From: the human T2T-CHM13v2.0 reference genome, Homo sapiens | Length of the DNA: 64,000 nucleotides | Strand: one strand, 5' to 3' | Assembly: GCF_009914755.1 (NCBI RefSeq) | Contig: NC_060947.1 | Part shown: positions 40,738 through 54,229 of the stretch, one piece after another | Layout of the letters: every line of letters starts with the position of its first letter | Numbering within the stretch: position 1 is the first letter of the stretch | The notes under the pieces: model-generated | Told to the model about the DNA's origin: nothing | The model's input: the letters and a program-made list of their open reading frames with translations, nothing else | The model's database searches: none | Made by a program: the position numbers and the translations under genes

Positions 40738-42050
40738 TTTTATAAATAACATCTCTATTAAAATATAAGTCACATACCATACAAATAACATATTTGAAGT
40801 GTACAGTTCAGTAGTTTTAAATATAGTCAAAGAGTTGTGCATGTGAATTACTTGAAAACGCTTTCATCACCCCCAAATGAAACCCTGTACCCATTTGCAG
40901 TCAGTGCCCAGTTCCCAAACCCCTCACAGCCTTAGGTAACCGCTAATTTACTTTCTGTGTCTATGAATTTGCCTTTTCTGTACCTTTTATATGAATGGAA
41001 TCATTTAACACATGGCTGTGATTATTAATTTTATGTGTCAACTTAGCTCGGCCATTGTGCCCAGATATTTGGTTGAACATTATTCTGTAAGATTTTATGA
41101 AGGTGTGTTTTGGATAAGATTAACATTTAAATTGGTAGACTTTGAGTAAAAAATATCGCACTCCATAATTTTGATGAGCCTTTTAAAATCAGTTGAAGAT
41201 TTTAGTAGGACAAAAACTGATTTCTCCTGAGCAAAATGGAATTCTGTCAGTAGACTGCCTTTGGACTCAAATTGTATTTCTTTCTTGGGTCTCCAGCCTG
41301 CTGGTCTATGCTGCAGATTTTGGCTTTACAAAGTCTCCATAATCATGTGAGCCAGTTTCACAAAATCTCTCTCTTTCCTCTTTCAATCTCTCTCTTTCTC
41401 TACACACACACATACACACATGCATACACACACACAAACACACACACACATACATTTTGCTGGCTCTGTTTCTCTGGAAAAATGTAAGTAAAAAAGTGCT
41501 GTGTTTTGTGACTGGCCTTTTCTACTTAGAATATTTTCAAAGTTCATCCATGTTGTATCATGTATCAGTACTTCATTATTTTTCATGGCTGAGTAATATT
41601 CCATTTTAATTATATATAATATTTTATTTTTCAGTTCATCAGTTAATAGATTTTTTTAATTTTTGGCTGTTATGAATAATTCTGATATTAACTTCTCTGC
41701 ACAGAATATTTCTGTGTGAATATGTTTTCAATTTTCTTATGTATATAACTACTCATAGAACATCTGGGTCAATTTGTAATTTTGAGAAACTGCCAGACTG
41801 TTTTCAAATATGACCACACTATTTTACATACCCATCAGCAGTGTATATGGGTTCCAATTTTTCTGCATCGTCCCCAACACCTGGTTTTCTCTTTTTTAAA
41901 AAATACATATCACAATCCTAGTGGATGTAAAGTAGTATCTCATTGTGATTTTTATTTGCATTTCCCTGATGGTTAATGATGTTGAGCATCGTTTTATATG
42001 CTCATTGGTCATCTTTGTTTATCTTCTTTGAAGAATTGTCTATTTAAGTC
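40738..42050 (-). mobile_element. L1MB7/8-like 3' fragment, split by MLT2
   Basis: AAGTGTACAGTTCAGT...AAACCCTGTACCCATTTGCAGTCA; TTTGAGAAACTGCCAGACTGTTTTC. Confidence 0.8.
41017..41495 (+). mobile_element. MLT2 (MLT2C/D-like) ERVL solo LTR with internal (CA)n
   Basis: TGTGATTATTAATTTTATGTGTCAACTT...GCCCAGATATTTGGTTGAACATTATTCTG...GGCTCTGTTTCTCTGGA. Confidence 0.85.
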
Positions 42051-42087
42051 GTGTGTGTGTGTGTGTGTGTCTGTGTATGTGTGTGTA
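42050..42087. repeat. (TG)n microsatellite
   Basis: Seen directly. Confidence 0.9.
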
Positions 42088-42144
42088 GAATCACCCTTAA
42101 GTCAATCTTAAAAGATACATATAAGCAGAGGAAGGGTTAGAAGG

Positions 42145-42513
42145 TGTATTAGTCGGTTCTCATGGTGCTAATAGAGACATGCCTGAGGCTGGGTAATTTA
42201 TAAAGCAAATAGGTTTAATTGACTCACAGTTCCACATGGGAGGGGAGGCCTCACAATCATGGCAGAAGGCAAAGTAAGAGCAAAGACACTTTTTATATGG
42301 CAGCAGGCAAGAGAGAGCTTGTGTAGGGAACTCTCCTTTATAATACCACCTGATTTCATGAGACTTACTTACTATCATGAGAACAGCACAGGAAAGACTC
42401 GCCCCCAAGATTCAATTATCTCTGACTAGGTCCCTCCCAAGACACATGGGAAGCATGAGAGCTACAATTCAAGATGAGATTTGGGTGGGTGGGGACACAA
42501 CCAAACCATATCA
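42145..42513 (-). mobile_element. THE1 (B/C-like) solo LTR
   Basis: TGTATTAGTCGGTTCTC...CCAAACCATATCA; perfect TSD GAAGG at 42140-42144 and 42514-42518. Confidence 0.95.
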
Positions 42514-42695
42514 GAAGGTTATTCAAACTTCCAGCTTAGCTAATTTCCATAGAGGATCATAGAATAAATTTTGTCTCAAAGAAAGGAGAGTATCCAAAAA
42601 TATTCTGACATTAGACAAGTTTGTATTGTTGGAAAGAGAGAAAGTAATATTCAAAATGAAGGACAATCCGCTAAATCAGTTACATTTGGCTTTGG

Positions 42696-42755
42696 AGTGT
42701 GTGTGGTTTGTGCGTGTGTGTGTGTGTGTGTGTGTTTTGTTTGTTTGTTTGTTTT
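42696..42755. repeat. (TG)n plus (TTTG)n microsatellite
   Basis: Seen directly. Confidence 0.9.
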
Positions 42756-44714
42756 ACAGATTTATGCCTACAACTGGTTTGACTACTTGGAAGGAATTTA
42801 TATGTGCTGGTTTAATTGTTTTTATTTGGTGTTTGAGGAATGACGTTTTATTTCCATTAACATAATCAAATATTTGATAGTATGTATATACACACACTCA
42901 AATGATGACTTCTTCTGCAATTATCCCTGAGTTCGAACCTACTGCTGTTATCTTTTAACCTAACTAACTGAAAGTAAGTCTCTGCAGACCTCTGAGATAG
43001 ATAATTCACATGTCAAAAATTGAGGAAAAACTCAGCAGATTATCTGAAATTATTTCAAAAGTAGTGTAACCATGAAACAGGGCAGGCTGCAACTTCACCC
43101 GTTTCCTATGAGATTGGTTTCCCTATGATGCATAGAGCTGGGTCATGGCAGATTCTCAGTAAAGACTTAGGTAATTGACAAATAATGGAAGGAAATTGAC
43201 ACAGCTAGTTCAAGAATCTAAGTTACCTCAAAGAGGGTGAATGGAGGTCATTTCCAGAGGCAATTTGGGGGTTATTGTTCTGCAGAAATTCATGAGTTGG
43301 CCTACATCCTCTCCTCTAGAGACAAGTGGCCCTATGGGCCTAAGTATTCCAATTACTATTTCTTCAGTACATTGTACTTTCTGGCAGTATTAGGTATACT
43401 TTTGAAATGGCCATGTGTACTGAGACACATCATAACAGATCTATAATGTGTTACTTCATCTGTTTCCTGGATCAACCTTTCCTTTTGAACGTACATGTTA
43501 TAAGCTCTTCTAATGAATATATTTTAAATTTTATCTCTCCGCAAAAGAGTTGATGGAAAAACTTAAGCTCTAGCACAAATAAGGTGCTCCAGCACAAATA
43601 AAGTGACCTTGTCAGATACATCAAATTTGAGCAGCAAATGTTCACAACTGGGAATTTAGTTTAATTTTCTTGTTAATAACCAGAGTACTTACTCACACAA
43701 CCTCATAAGTTACCCAAAGAGATCATGGTTTTCCACCTTTTCCCAGTTAATTTGAAAAGTTAATATTTACTGAAGGCTCTTCATATCTGATAGTAGGTTA
43801 ATGCTAGCTGAGCCTAAGGAATTATCCCATGGTCCTCATATGTGACAAGTTGCCAGTCTTTATGAATACAGTCAGAAAAGTGGAAGCCTCTCAAGCTACA
43901 AGTTCTGCTATTTCTTTTATCAAGAAGTTTCTATCTGTCTCCTCTGATTTATTCTCAATCTCTCCACTATAATTTAGTACCCTGTTTCCTCTTGAATCGA
44001 CTATTCTAGTGGTTTTTCTAATCTATCTTCCATATCGTCTCCTTATCAATCATTCGGTATATCCTTGTTTCCATAATTATTTTTTCCCTAAAACACCGCT
44101 ACTTTCAAGTTGTCATCTGTGCAAAAACCCATAGACTAATAGGTATTTATTACCTTTTGGGTAAAGTCCAAACTTGGTCGGGCATTCTAGATCCTCCTTC
44201 ACAATCAGGCCCCAAACCAAAACCTGTTACTCATTGTTATCTTTTATGGAACTCCTACAGTGAGAATATTTGAATCTTTGTTTCCCTCAAACATCATTAA
44301 TATTCTTAATAACTTGAAATTATTTGTGTTGTTTTATTTCTTCTTTCACTCATGCTGCTTTGGTAAATATTAATTTACTTTTAATATGTTAAAATCCTGT
44401 CACTGATCTGAATGCTGTCAATATAAAGACCAATACATTAATGTTAATTAAGTAAATCAAGGAACAAAGGTTGCTGGATAAATGAATTGATCTCACCAAA
44501 TGTTCTGAGAACAAGTGAGAAAAAGTATATTGCCACTGAATTTCAAATGAAATAATGACATTTAGTTAAGACCTAGAATGTGTAATCAGCCATGATCCTA
44601 GGAACAATGTGAAGGCCTTGAGTTGAAATCCTACTGTTTTCTTTAATTCTCCTTCTGTTTCTGCATAAATACATTAACTTTGAGACTGAGTTTAACTTTA
44701 GAGCCTTTTTTCTT

Positions 44715-44761
44715 TTTTTTTAATTTTATTATTATTATACTTTAAGTTTTAGGGTACATGT
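44715..44761 (-). mobile_element. Ultra-short young L1PA 3' insertion
   Basis: T tail plus ATTATTATACTTTAAGTTTTAGGGTACATGT between perfect 12-bp TSDs GCCTTTTTTCTT (44703-44714 and 44762-44773). Confidence 0.9.
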
Positions 44762-46901
44762 GCCTTTTTTCTTATCTGCAATGTCAATAGCTCTCAAGCT
44801 CTTACAATGAAGGAGCTATTTTAGCAACATGTCTAGCAATGGAGTCAGTGAAAGGAGATGAATACAATACTTGTTTCGATTTTTCTATTTTTTTCTCTAT
44901 TTTAAATTTCCATTAGCAGATCACCATTTGATTGGGTTTTGTTGATGGAAGAGAAGGTCTGAGTTTCCTGGACACAGTGGAGTAGAATATACTCTCTCAA
45001 TCTCTATGGCTGAAATTTATGTCCTTTCCTATATAATCATGTTAGCTGATACGGTGACGGAAAGCTTTCCACATGGAGTAATTTTAGGCCACACAGAATA
45101 AAGCCCCTTTTTTTGCAGTGCTCTACCACATTCACCTCAGAGGTTTGGATTTTAAAAATTCTTGTGTAGTTGAGGTGGGATCAGAGAGCCCTCTGTCATG
45201 TTTCATGGGGCCTTGATCTCCAGGATGGCATTTGGCAATAGAGAGCCCACGAATATTTTCTATGGGCATTAGGTGGGAGTATATTTAGCTCTTATCTACA
45301 GACTAATGTGAATGACAATGGAAAAGTTTCCACAGGGATAAGCCTCACGAGTTGCCCATGAGGACAAAACTTTTATGGTCTAGTAGCATTTCCTCAGGTA
45401 TTGCACCACATAGAACTCATGGGACCTGAATCACCAACCTTATTACCCAGAAATCAACTGGTCCCAATATCAGAAAGCCAAGTAGGGCACAGATAAGCAG
45501 AAAGTTACCTGCTTTATCTTTCCACCTTTCACTTCTTTACTATCCCCCTCTTCTTGTCATTATTATAATTACTATTATTAGTATTGTTTGTAAATCCATT
45601 TCTCTCTTCCACTCTTCTCATTTCCTTTATGTTTGTCAAGTATGCATTTTTTCAAAGTTTATGCACTCTTCTCTATCAGCACAGAATCCCCTAACATATT
45701 CTTCAACAAAGTGTCACTAGTGTCACTGATAATTTATACCCTCTTGAACACAACAGCCAGGAAGCCCTAACCTCAGAGATGTGTCAGCTCAACTTCGTTT
45801 TGTGCCAAAATGCCAAACCCAAGCCTCATTTAGGTGATGGGTGAGTTCAGTGGCTCTCTACTCACCCCTTTCCTCTTACACATAAATAAATTCCAGTGGG
45901 AGGAAAATAATTTCATAGGATCTTAATGTCATTATAAATACCACTTTTAGTTCAGCAAAGGAGAAAACATGAAAAGGGAGTGGATTACTCAACAACTTGG
46001 TTGATGTGAGCTTCAGAAGTATTTTTTTAGTTTTTTGAGAAAATAAATATATGTAAAACAAATATTCAAACACGGAGAAAATTTTCTCTCAGCATGGACT
46101 AGAAAACATAAAACTCTAATATTTCTAATGGGAGAAGTGAGAAATTGGTTTCTGAAACACTAAAGTTGTTTTGAAGCAACTGATACTTCCTTCTATTTAT
46201 AGCTTACCAAAGCCCAGTATACATTGGTGAATGAGATTAGGGAGCAAAGTTGTACAGTTTAAGAGGGTATCCTAAAAAAACAAACAACAACAAAAAACCT
46301 CATTTCTCATAGTTTTCTGAAGAAAGTTAAATAAGCGCCCAGCATGAAAGCAAAGTCCAGCTCATAAGCTGATTTTGGACAGTGCTGACTCAGTAACACT
46401 CTTCTCTGAGATCTCTTTTCCTTGCCTACTTTGCTCCTTCATGAGAGTTTTGTTACCACTGACCTCCTTCTGACTCCCCCCACTTCATGTTAGCTTTGGA
46501 CTGGCCAAGTAGCTTTGATTCTCCTGGAAAGCTGATTCAACTCACTGTCCAGTCCAGCACCTGACCTTCATTAGGCAGTCATTTCTGTCTTGAGACCATG
46601 CTGAGGAACTTCCCTGCACTGGTCTAAGCTTTATTTACACTTTGGAAACCACCTAAAGACTTAGCTCTGGGAGAAGATCTTCTTAAAGTTCAATACTGAA
46701 AGAAAACCTGTAAAGTGCTCTTTCATTTTTTAGTGAAATGTCTTTCCATTTCCCAGCTGCTGATTCATAGTGACACAGCATCGTTTGCTCTTCAGCTTGT
46801 ATTTTCTCTTAGCATGGCCCCAGAGGCTAGTAGCCCAGCTCATAACCAGTGCCACAAAGAAAGAAGGGAATGGAATTTTACTAAACCAAAATAAAAAGAT
46901 G

Positions 46902-48161
<1,260 letters not shown>

Positions 48162-50228
48162 TCAAACTACTACCATTCCATCATTCTTCATAGAATTAGA
48201 AAAAAAAGATTCTAAAATGCATATGGAACCCAAAAATATCCTGCATACACAAAGCAAGACTAAGCAAAAAGACCAAATTTGAAGGCATCACATTATCTAT
48301 TTCAAACTATACTCTAAGGCCATATTTCACCAAAACAACGTGATACTGGTATAAAAAAAGGAACATAGATCAATGGATCAAAATAGAGAATCCAGAAATA
48401 AACCCACAAACTTATAGCCAACTGATCTTTGACAAAACAAACAAAAACATAAAGTGAAGAAAGGACAACCTTTTATCAAATGGTGCTGCGATAATTGGCT
48501 TGCCACATGTAGGAGAGTGAAACTAAATCCTCATATCTAATCTTATACAAAAATCAACTCACGATGGATTAAGGACTTAAATCTAAGACTTAAAACTGTA
48601 AAAATTCTAGAAGATAACATTGGGAAAACCCTTGTAGACATTGGCTCAGGCAAGGAATTCATGGCCAAGGACCCAAGAGCAAATGCTATAAAAACAAAGA
48701 TAAATTACTTGGACTTAATTAAACTAAAGACCTTTTGCATGACAAAAGGAGCAGTCAGCAGAGTAAACAGACAACACATAGAGTGAGAGAAAATCTTCAC
48801 AATCTGTACATATGATAAAGGGCTAATATCCAGAATCTGCAATGAACTCAAACAAATCAGCCAGAAAATTACAAACAATCCCATCAAAAAGTGGGATAAG
48901 GACATGAACAGACAATTCTCAAAAGAAAGTATACTAATGCCCAACAAACGAAAAAATGCTGAACATCACTAATGATCAGGGAAATGCAAATCAACACCAC
49001 AACATGATATCGAATTACTCCTGAAAGAATAGCCATGATCAAAAAATAAAAAAATAATAGATGTTGGCATGGATGTGGTGAACAGGGAACACTTCTACAC
49101 TGCTGTTGGGAGTGTGAACTAGTACAACTACTATGCAAGACAGTGTGAAGATTCTTCAAAGAATGAAAAATAGAAGTACAATTTGATCCAGTAATCCCAC
49201 TATTGGGCATCTACCCAGAGGAAAATAAATTATTATACAAAAAAGACACTTGCACACGCATGTTTATAGCAGCACAATCTGCAACTGCAAAAACGTGGAA
49301 CCGAACCAAATGCCTATCAATCAACGAGTGGATATATATATATATGTGATATATATATATGATATATATATATATGTGATATATATATATGATATATATA
49401 TATGTGATATATATATATGATATATATATGTGATATATATATGATATATATATATGTGATATATATATGATATATATATATGTGATATATATATGATATA
49501 TATATGTGATATATATATATGATATATATATGTGATATATATATATGATATATATATGTGATATATATATATGATATATATATGTGATATATATATGATA
49601 TATATATGTGATATATATATGATATATATATGTGATATATATGATACATATATGTGATATATATATGATACATATATGTGATATATATATGATACATATA
49701 TGTGATATATATGATACATATATGTGATATATATATGATACATATATGTGATATATATATGATACATATATGTGATATATATATGATACATATATGTGAT
49801 ATATATGATACATATATGTGATATATATATGATACATATATGTGATATATATATATATGATAGAATACTACTCAGCCATGAAAAGGAATGAATCAATGGC
49901 ATTCACAGTGACCTGGATGAGACTGGAGACTATTATTCTAAGTGAAGTCACTCAAGAATAGAAAATCAAACATTGTTTTCTGTCATAAGTGGGAGCTAAG
50001 CTATGAGAATGCAAAGGCATGAACATGACCATAATGTTCTTTGGGGACTCTGGGGGAAAGGGTGGGAAGAGGATGATGGATAAGACTACAAATAGAGTGC
50101 AGTGTATACTGCTCAGGAGATGGGTGCACCAAAATCTCACAAATTACCACTAAAGTACTTACTCATCTAACCAAACACAACCTGTACCCCATAACCTATG
50201 GAAATAAAAAAAATAAAAATTGAAAGAA
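48162..50228 (+). mobile_element. L1PB1-like, sense 3' segment
   Basis: 3'UTR GACTACAAATAGAGTGCAGTGTATACTGCTC...GGGTGCACCAAAATCTCACAAAT...CCTATGGAAATAAAAA. Confidence 0.9.
49331..49861. repeat. AT-rich compound tandem repeat (about 22-26-nt unit GTGA(TA)nTGA(TA)m, variable)
   Basis: About 530 bp built only from TA, TG and GA dinucleotides, plus a CA variant in the right half. Confidence 0.97.
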
Positions 50229-50635
50229 AAAATTAAAAAAGGAAAAAGCTACTTGAACTTCATGCAACAACTTGTACGAATCTCAAAGACTTATGCTATG
50301 TGAAAGAAGCCACTATCCAAAGGTTTCCTTCTGTATGATTTTATCTTATTACATTCTTGAAAAGACAAAACTATATATAGTGTTGGAGAACAGATCAGTG
50401 GTTGATATAGGAATGTGACTATAAACGCATACCATGTGGAAGTTTTGGGGAGTGGTAGAACTGTTCTGTGCCCTGATTGTGGTGGTAGCTACATTAATCG
50501 ATATATGTTAAGTTCAAAAACTGGTGATTATTTCACAATACATAGGTATATCAAATTATCCAAGTAATACAACTTAAACATATATAATTTTTAATTGCAA
50601 ATTATACTTTAATAAGCTGGAAAATTTTAAAAAAA
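50229..50635 (+). mobile_element. Old L1MC/MD-type 3'UTR fragment (left stub at about 46868-46898)
   Basis: CATGCAACAACTTGTACGAATCTCAAA...GAACAGATCAGTGGTTG...CTGATTGTGGTGGTAG. Confidence 0.65.
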
Positions 50636-50860
50636 TAGATGCAGTGACTCAAGAGCACTATTTTGTTCTGAAGGCCAGTCTCCATGGCCTGGTAGAGTTG
50701 AGCTGGGTCTCCATAGAAATAATAGGGATTTTATTTGTGATGGGAAGATCTAGAGAATGTAGGAGAAATTATTGTCTCATTCAATCCAGACTTTAAACCC
50801 CATGAGCTACCTACTTGAGGCTACCACATGCATCATCCCCAAAGCCTACCAGAAATCATG

Positions 50861-53035
50861 TGTATTAGTTCGTTTTCATGCTGCTGATACAGACATAACC
50901 AAGACTGGGCAATTTACAAAAGAAAGAGGTTTATTGAACTTACAATTCCACATGACTGGGGAGGCTTCAGAATTATGGTGAAGACAAGGAGCAGCAACTC
51001 ATATCTTACATAGATGGCAGCAGGCAAAAAGAGAGAGAGCATGTGCAGGGAACCTCCTCTTTATAAAACCATCACATCTTCTGAGACTTACTCACTATCA
51101 TGAGAATAGCATGAGAAAGACTCGCCCCCATGATAAAATCACCTCCCACTTGGTCCCTTCCACAGCACATGGGAATTGTGGGAGTTACTATCGAGATGAG
51201 ATTTGGATGGGGACACAGCCAAACCATATCATTCCACCCCTGGCCCCTCCAAAATCTCATGTCCTCACATTTTGAAACCAATCATGCCTTCCCAACAGTC
51301 CCCCAAAGTCTTAACTCATTTCAGCATTCACTCAAATGTCCAAAATCCAAGTCTCATCCACGAAAAGGAAAATCCCTTCTGCCTATGAGCCTGTAAAATC
51401 AAAAGCAAGTTAGTTCCCTCCTAGAAAAAAATGGGGTATAGGCATTGAGTTAATACAGTCATTCCAAATGTGAAAAACTGGCCAAAACAAATGGGCTACA
51501 GGCCCCATGCAAGTTCGAAGTCCAGTGGGGCAGTCAAATCTTAAAGCTCCAAAATGATCTCCTTTGACTCCATGTCTCACATCCAGGTCACACTGATGCA
51601 AGAGGTGGGCTCCCATGTCCTTGGGGAGCTCCACCCCTATGGCTTTGCAGAGTACAGCCTTCCTCCTGGATGCCTTTATTGGCTGGTATTGAGTGTCTGC
51701 AGCTTTTACAGATGCACAGTGCAAGCTGTCAGTGGATCTACGATTCTGCGGTCTGGAGGATGATTGCCCTCTTCTCACAGCTCCACTAGGTGGTGACCCA
51801 GTAGGGACCCTGTGTGGGGGCTCTGACCCCACATTTCCCTTTAGCACTGCCGTAGTAGAGGTTCTCCACCCACCCCTGCAGCAAACTTTTGCCTGGGCAT
51901 CCAGGTGTTTCCATACATCTTCTGAAATCTAGGCAGAGGTTTCCAAACTTCAATTCTTGACTTCTGTGCATCTGCAGGCTCAACACCATGTGGAAGCTGC
52001 CAAAGCTTGGAGCTTACACCCTCTGAATCCACAGCCTGAGCTCCATGTTTGCCCCTTTCAGCCATGACTGGAGTGACTGGGATGCAGGGCACCAAGTCCC
52101 TAGTCTGCACACAGCATGAAGACCCTGGGCCCGGCCCATGAAACCACTTTTTCCTCCTAGGCCTCCAGGCCTGTGATGGGAGGGTCTGCTGTGAAGACCT
52201 CTGACATACCCTGGAGATATTTTCCCCATTGTCTTGGGGATTAATATTCAGCTCCTCATTACTTATGCAAATTTCTGCAGCTGGTTTGAATTTCCCCTCA
52301 GAAAATGAATTTTGTTTTCTATAGTATTGCCAGGCTGCAAATTTTCCAAACTTTTATTCTCTACTTTCCTTATAAAACTGAAGACCTGTCACAGCACCCA
52401 ATTCATCTTTTGAATGCTTTGCTGCTTAGTAATTTATTCTGCCAGATACAGAAGAATCTGTATTATCTGTATCATCCATATCACTATCAGCATTTTAAGC
52501 AAAGCCATTCAACAAGTCTCTAGGAAGTTCCAATCATTTCCACATTTCCCTGTCTTCTTCTGAGCCCTCCAAATTGTTACAACCCCTGCCTGTTACCCAG
52601 TTCCAAAGTTGTTTCCACATTTTCCAGTACCTACAGCAGCACCCCACTCTACTGGTACCAATTTACTGCATTAGTCTGTTTTCATGCTGCTGATAAAGAC
52701 ACACCTGAGACTGGGCAATTTACAAAAGAAAGACGTGTCTTAGGCTTACAGTTCCACGTGGCTAGGGATGCTTCATAATCATGGTGGAAGGCAAGGAGCA
52801 GCAAGTCATGTCTTACATGGATGGCGGCAGACACAGAGAGAGCATGTGCAGGGGAACTCCTTTTTATAAAACCATCAGAGCTCATGAGACTTATTCACTA
52901 TCACGAGAAAAGCATGAAAAAGGCTCGCCTCCGTGATTCAATCACCTCCCACTAGGTCCCTCCCATGACATGTGGAAATTGTGGGAGTTACTGAAAAGAT
53001 GAGATTTGGGTTGGGGACACAGCCAAACCATATCA
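50861..53035 (-). mobile_element. THE1 (C/D-like) provirus: LTR 50861-51231, internal 51232-52666, LTR 52667-53035
   Basis: Two direct-repeat LTRs (TG(T/C)ATTAGT...AAACCATATCA) flank a MaLR internal sequence ending CTACTGGTACCAATTTAC. Confidence 0.95.
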
Positions 53036-53319
53036 TTACATGAGGGCATAATATCTGCTACGGGAAATAGGACATCCTAAGCCAAACTCCATGGAGCATT
53101 TTTCATGGCCTGTTATCCTTCTCTAAGGCTTATATAACCCTAAAATCTTGTGACTTCTTTCCCTGTGAGTCTTCTGTACAAATACTTCTCTTTTCTCACC
53201 CAGTTAAATAACAATAGTTATTGTGCATAGCAATTACTTTATACACACATTTTGGGTGTGCACGTGTATGTAAAAGGGTTTTTTTCCTACTATTTTTAAA
53301 AGCAGATCAACCTAGGCTT

Positions 53320-53512
53320 CTTTTTTAAATAATTTCAACTTTTATTTTAGATTATAGGAGTGCATGCATAGGTTTGTTACATGGGTAAATTGTATAATGC
53401 TGAGGTTTGGAGCACAAATGATCCTATTTCCCAGGTAGCATCATAGTACCCAATAGTTGTTCAACCTTTGCCCTCCTCATTTTCTCTCTCCTCCAGTAGT
53501 ACTCATGTCTTT
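53320..53512 (-). mobile_element. L1PA16-like 3' fragment
   Basis: TTTCAACTTTTATTTTAGAT...GGTTTGTTACATGGGTAAATTG...CATAGTACCCAATAG. Confidence 0.8.
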
Positions 53513-53519
53513 CATGAAG

Positions 53520-53600
53520 TTCACTATGTGATCTTGGACAAGTTGCAACTTCCTGGGTATGTTTCTTCATCAGTAAAATAAAATAAATAAAAGAAAAATG
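53520..53600 (+). mobile_element. MIR fragment
   Basis: CTATGTGATCTTGGACAAGTT...GTTTCTTCATCAGTAAAAT. Confidence 0.55.
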
Positions 53601-53894
53601 AGGCCATTTCTAATTACATATAATTAGATAGATCCTAGGTTCAAATACATTAATAAGTGTAAAGGGCTTCAAATAGTTGCTAGTGATTTATCAATAGTTT
53701 TATTGAATTAGAGTTTCATTAATTTACGTACTGCTATAATTTAAGGTGGCACTAGGTGTATGAGAATAGTTTTACAGCAATGAAAATCTATCTTGTTGAA
53801 TATCTGCTCATTCCTGTATTCATAAGACTTGAGTGAAAATTTTATAAAAGTGAAATTGTTGGATCAATGGGTATATGCATTTAAAATGTTTCTA

Positions 53895-54229
<335 letters not shown>

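Noticed and set aside
49211-49902. Longest ORFs in the track (208, 193 and 126 aa; Y/H/I-rich)
   Set aside because: Translations of the TA-rich tandem repeat, which lacks stop codons on that strand.
51410-52229. ORFs of up to 145 aa in the THE1 internal region
   Set aside because: Broken remnants of the MaLR internal ORF; not intact.
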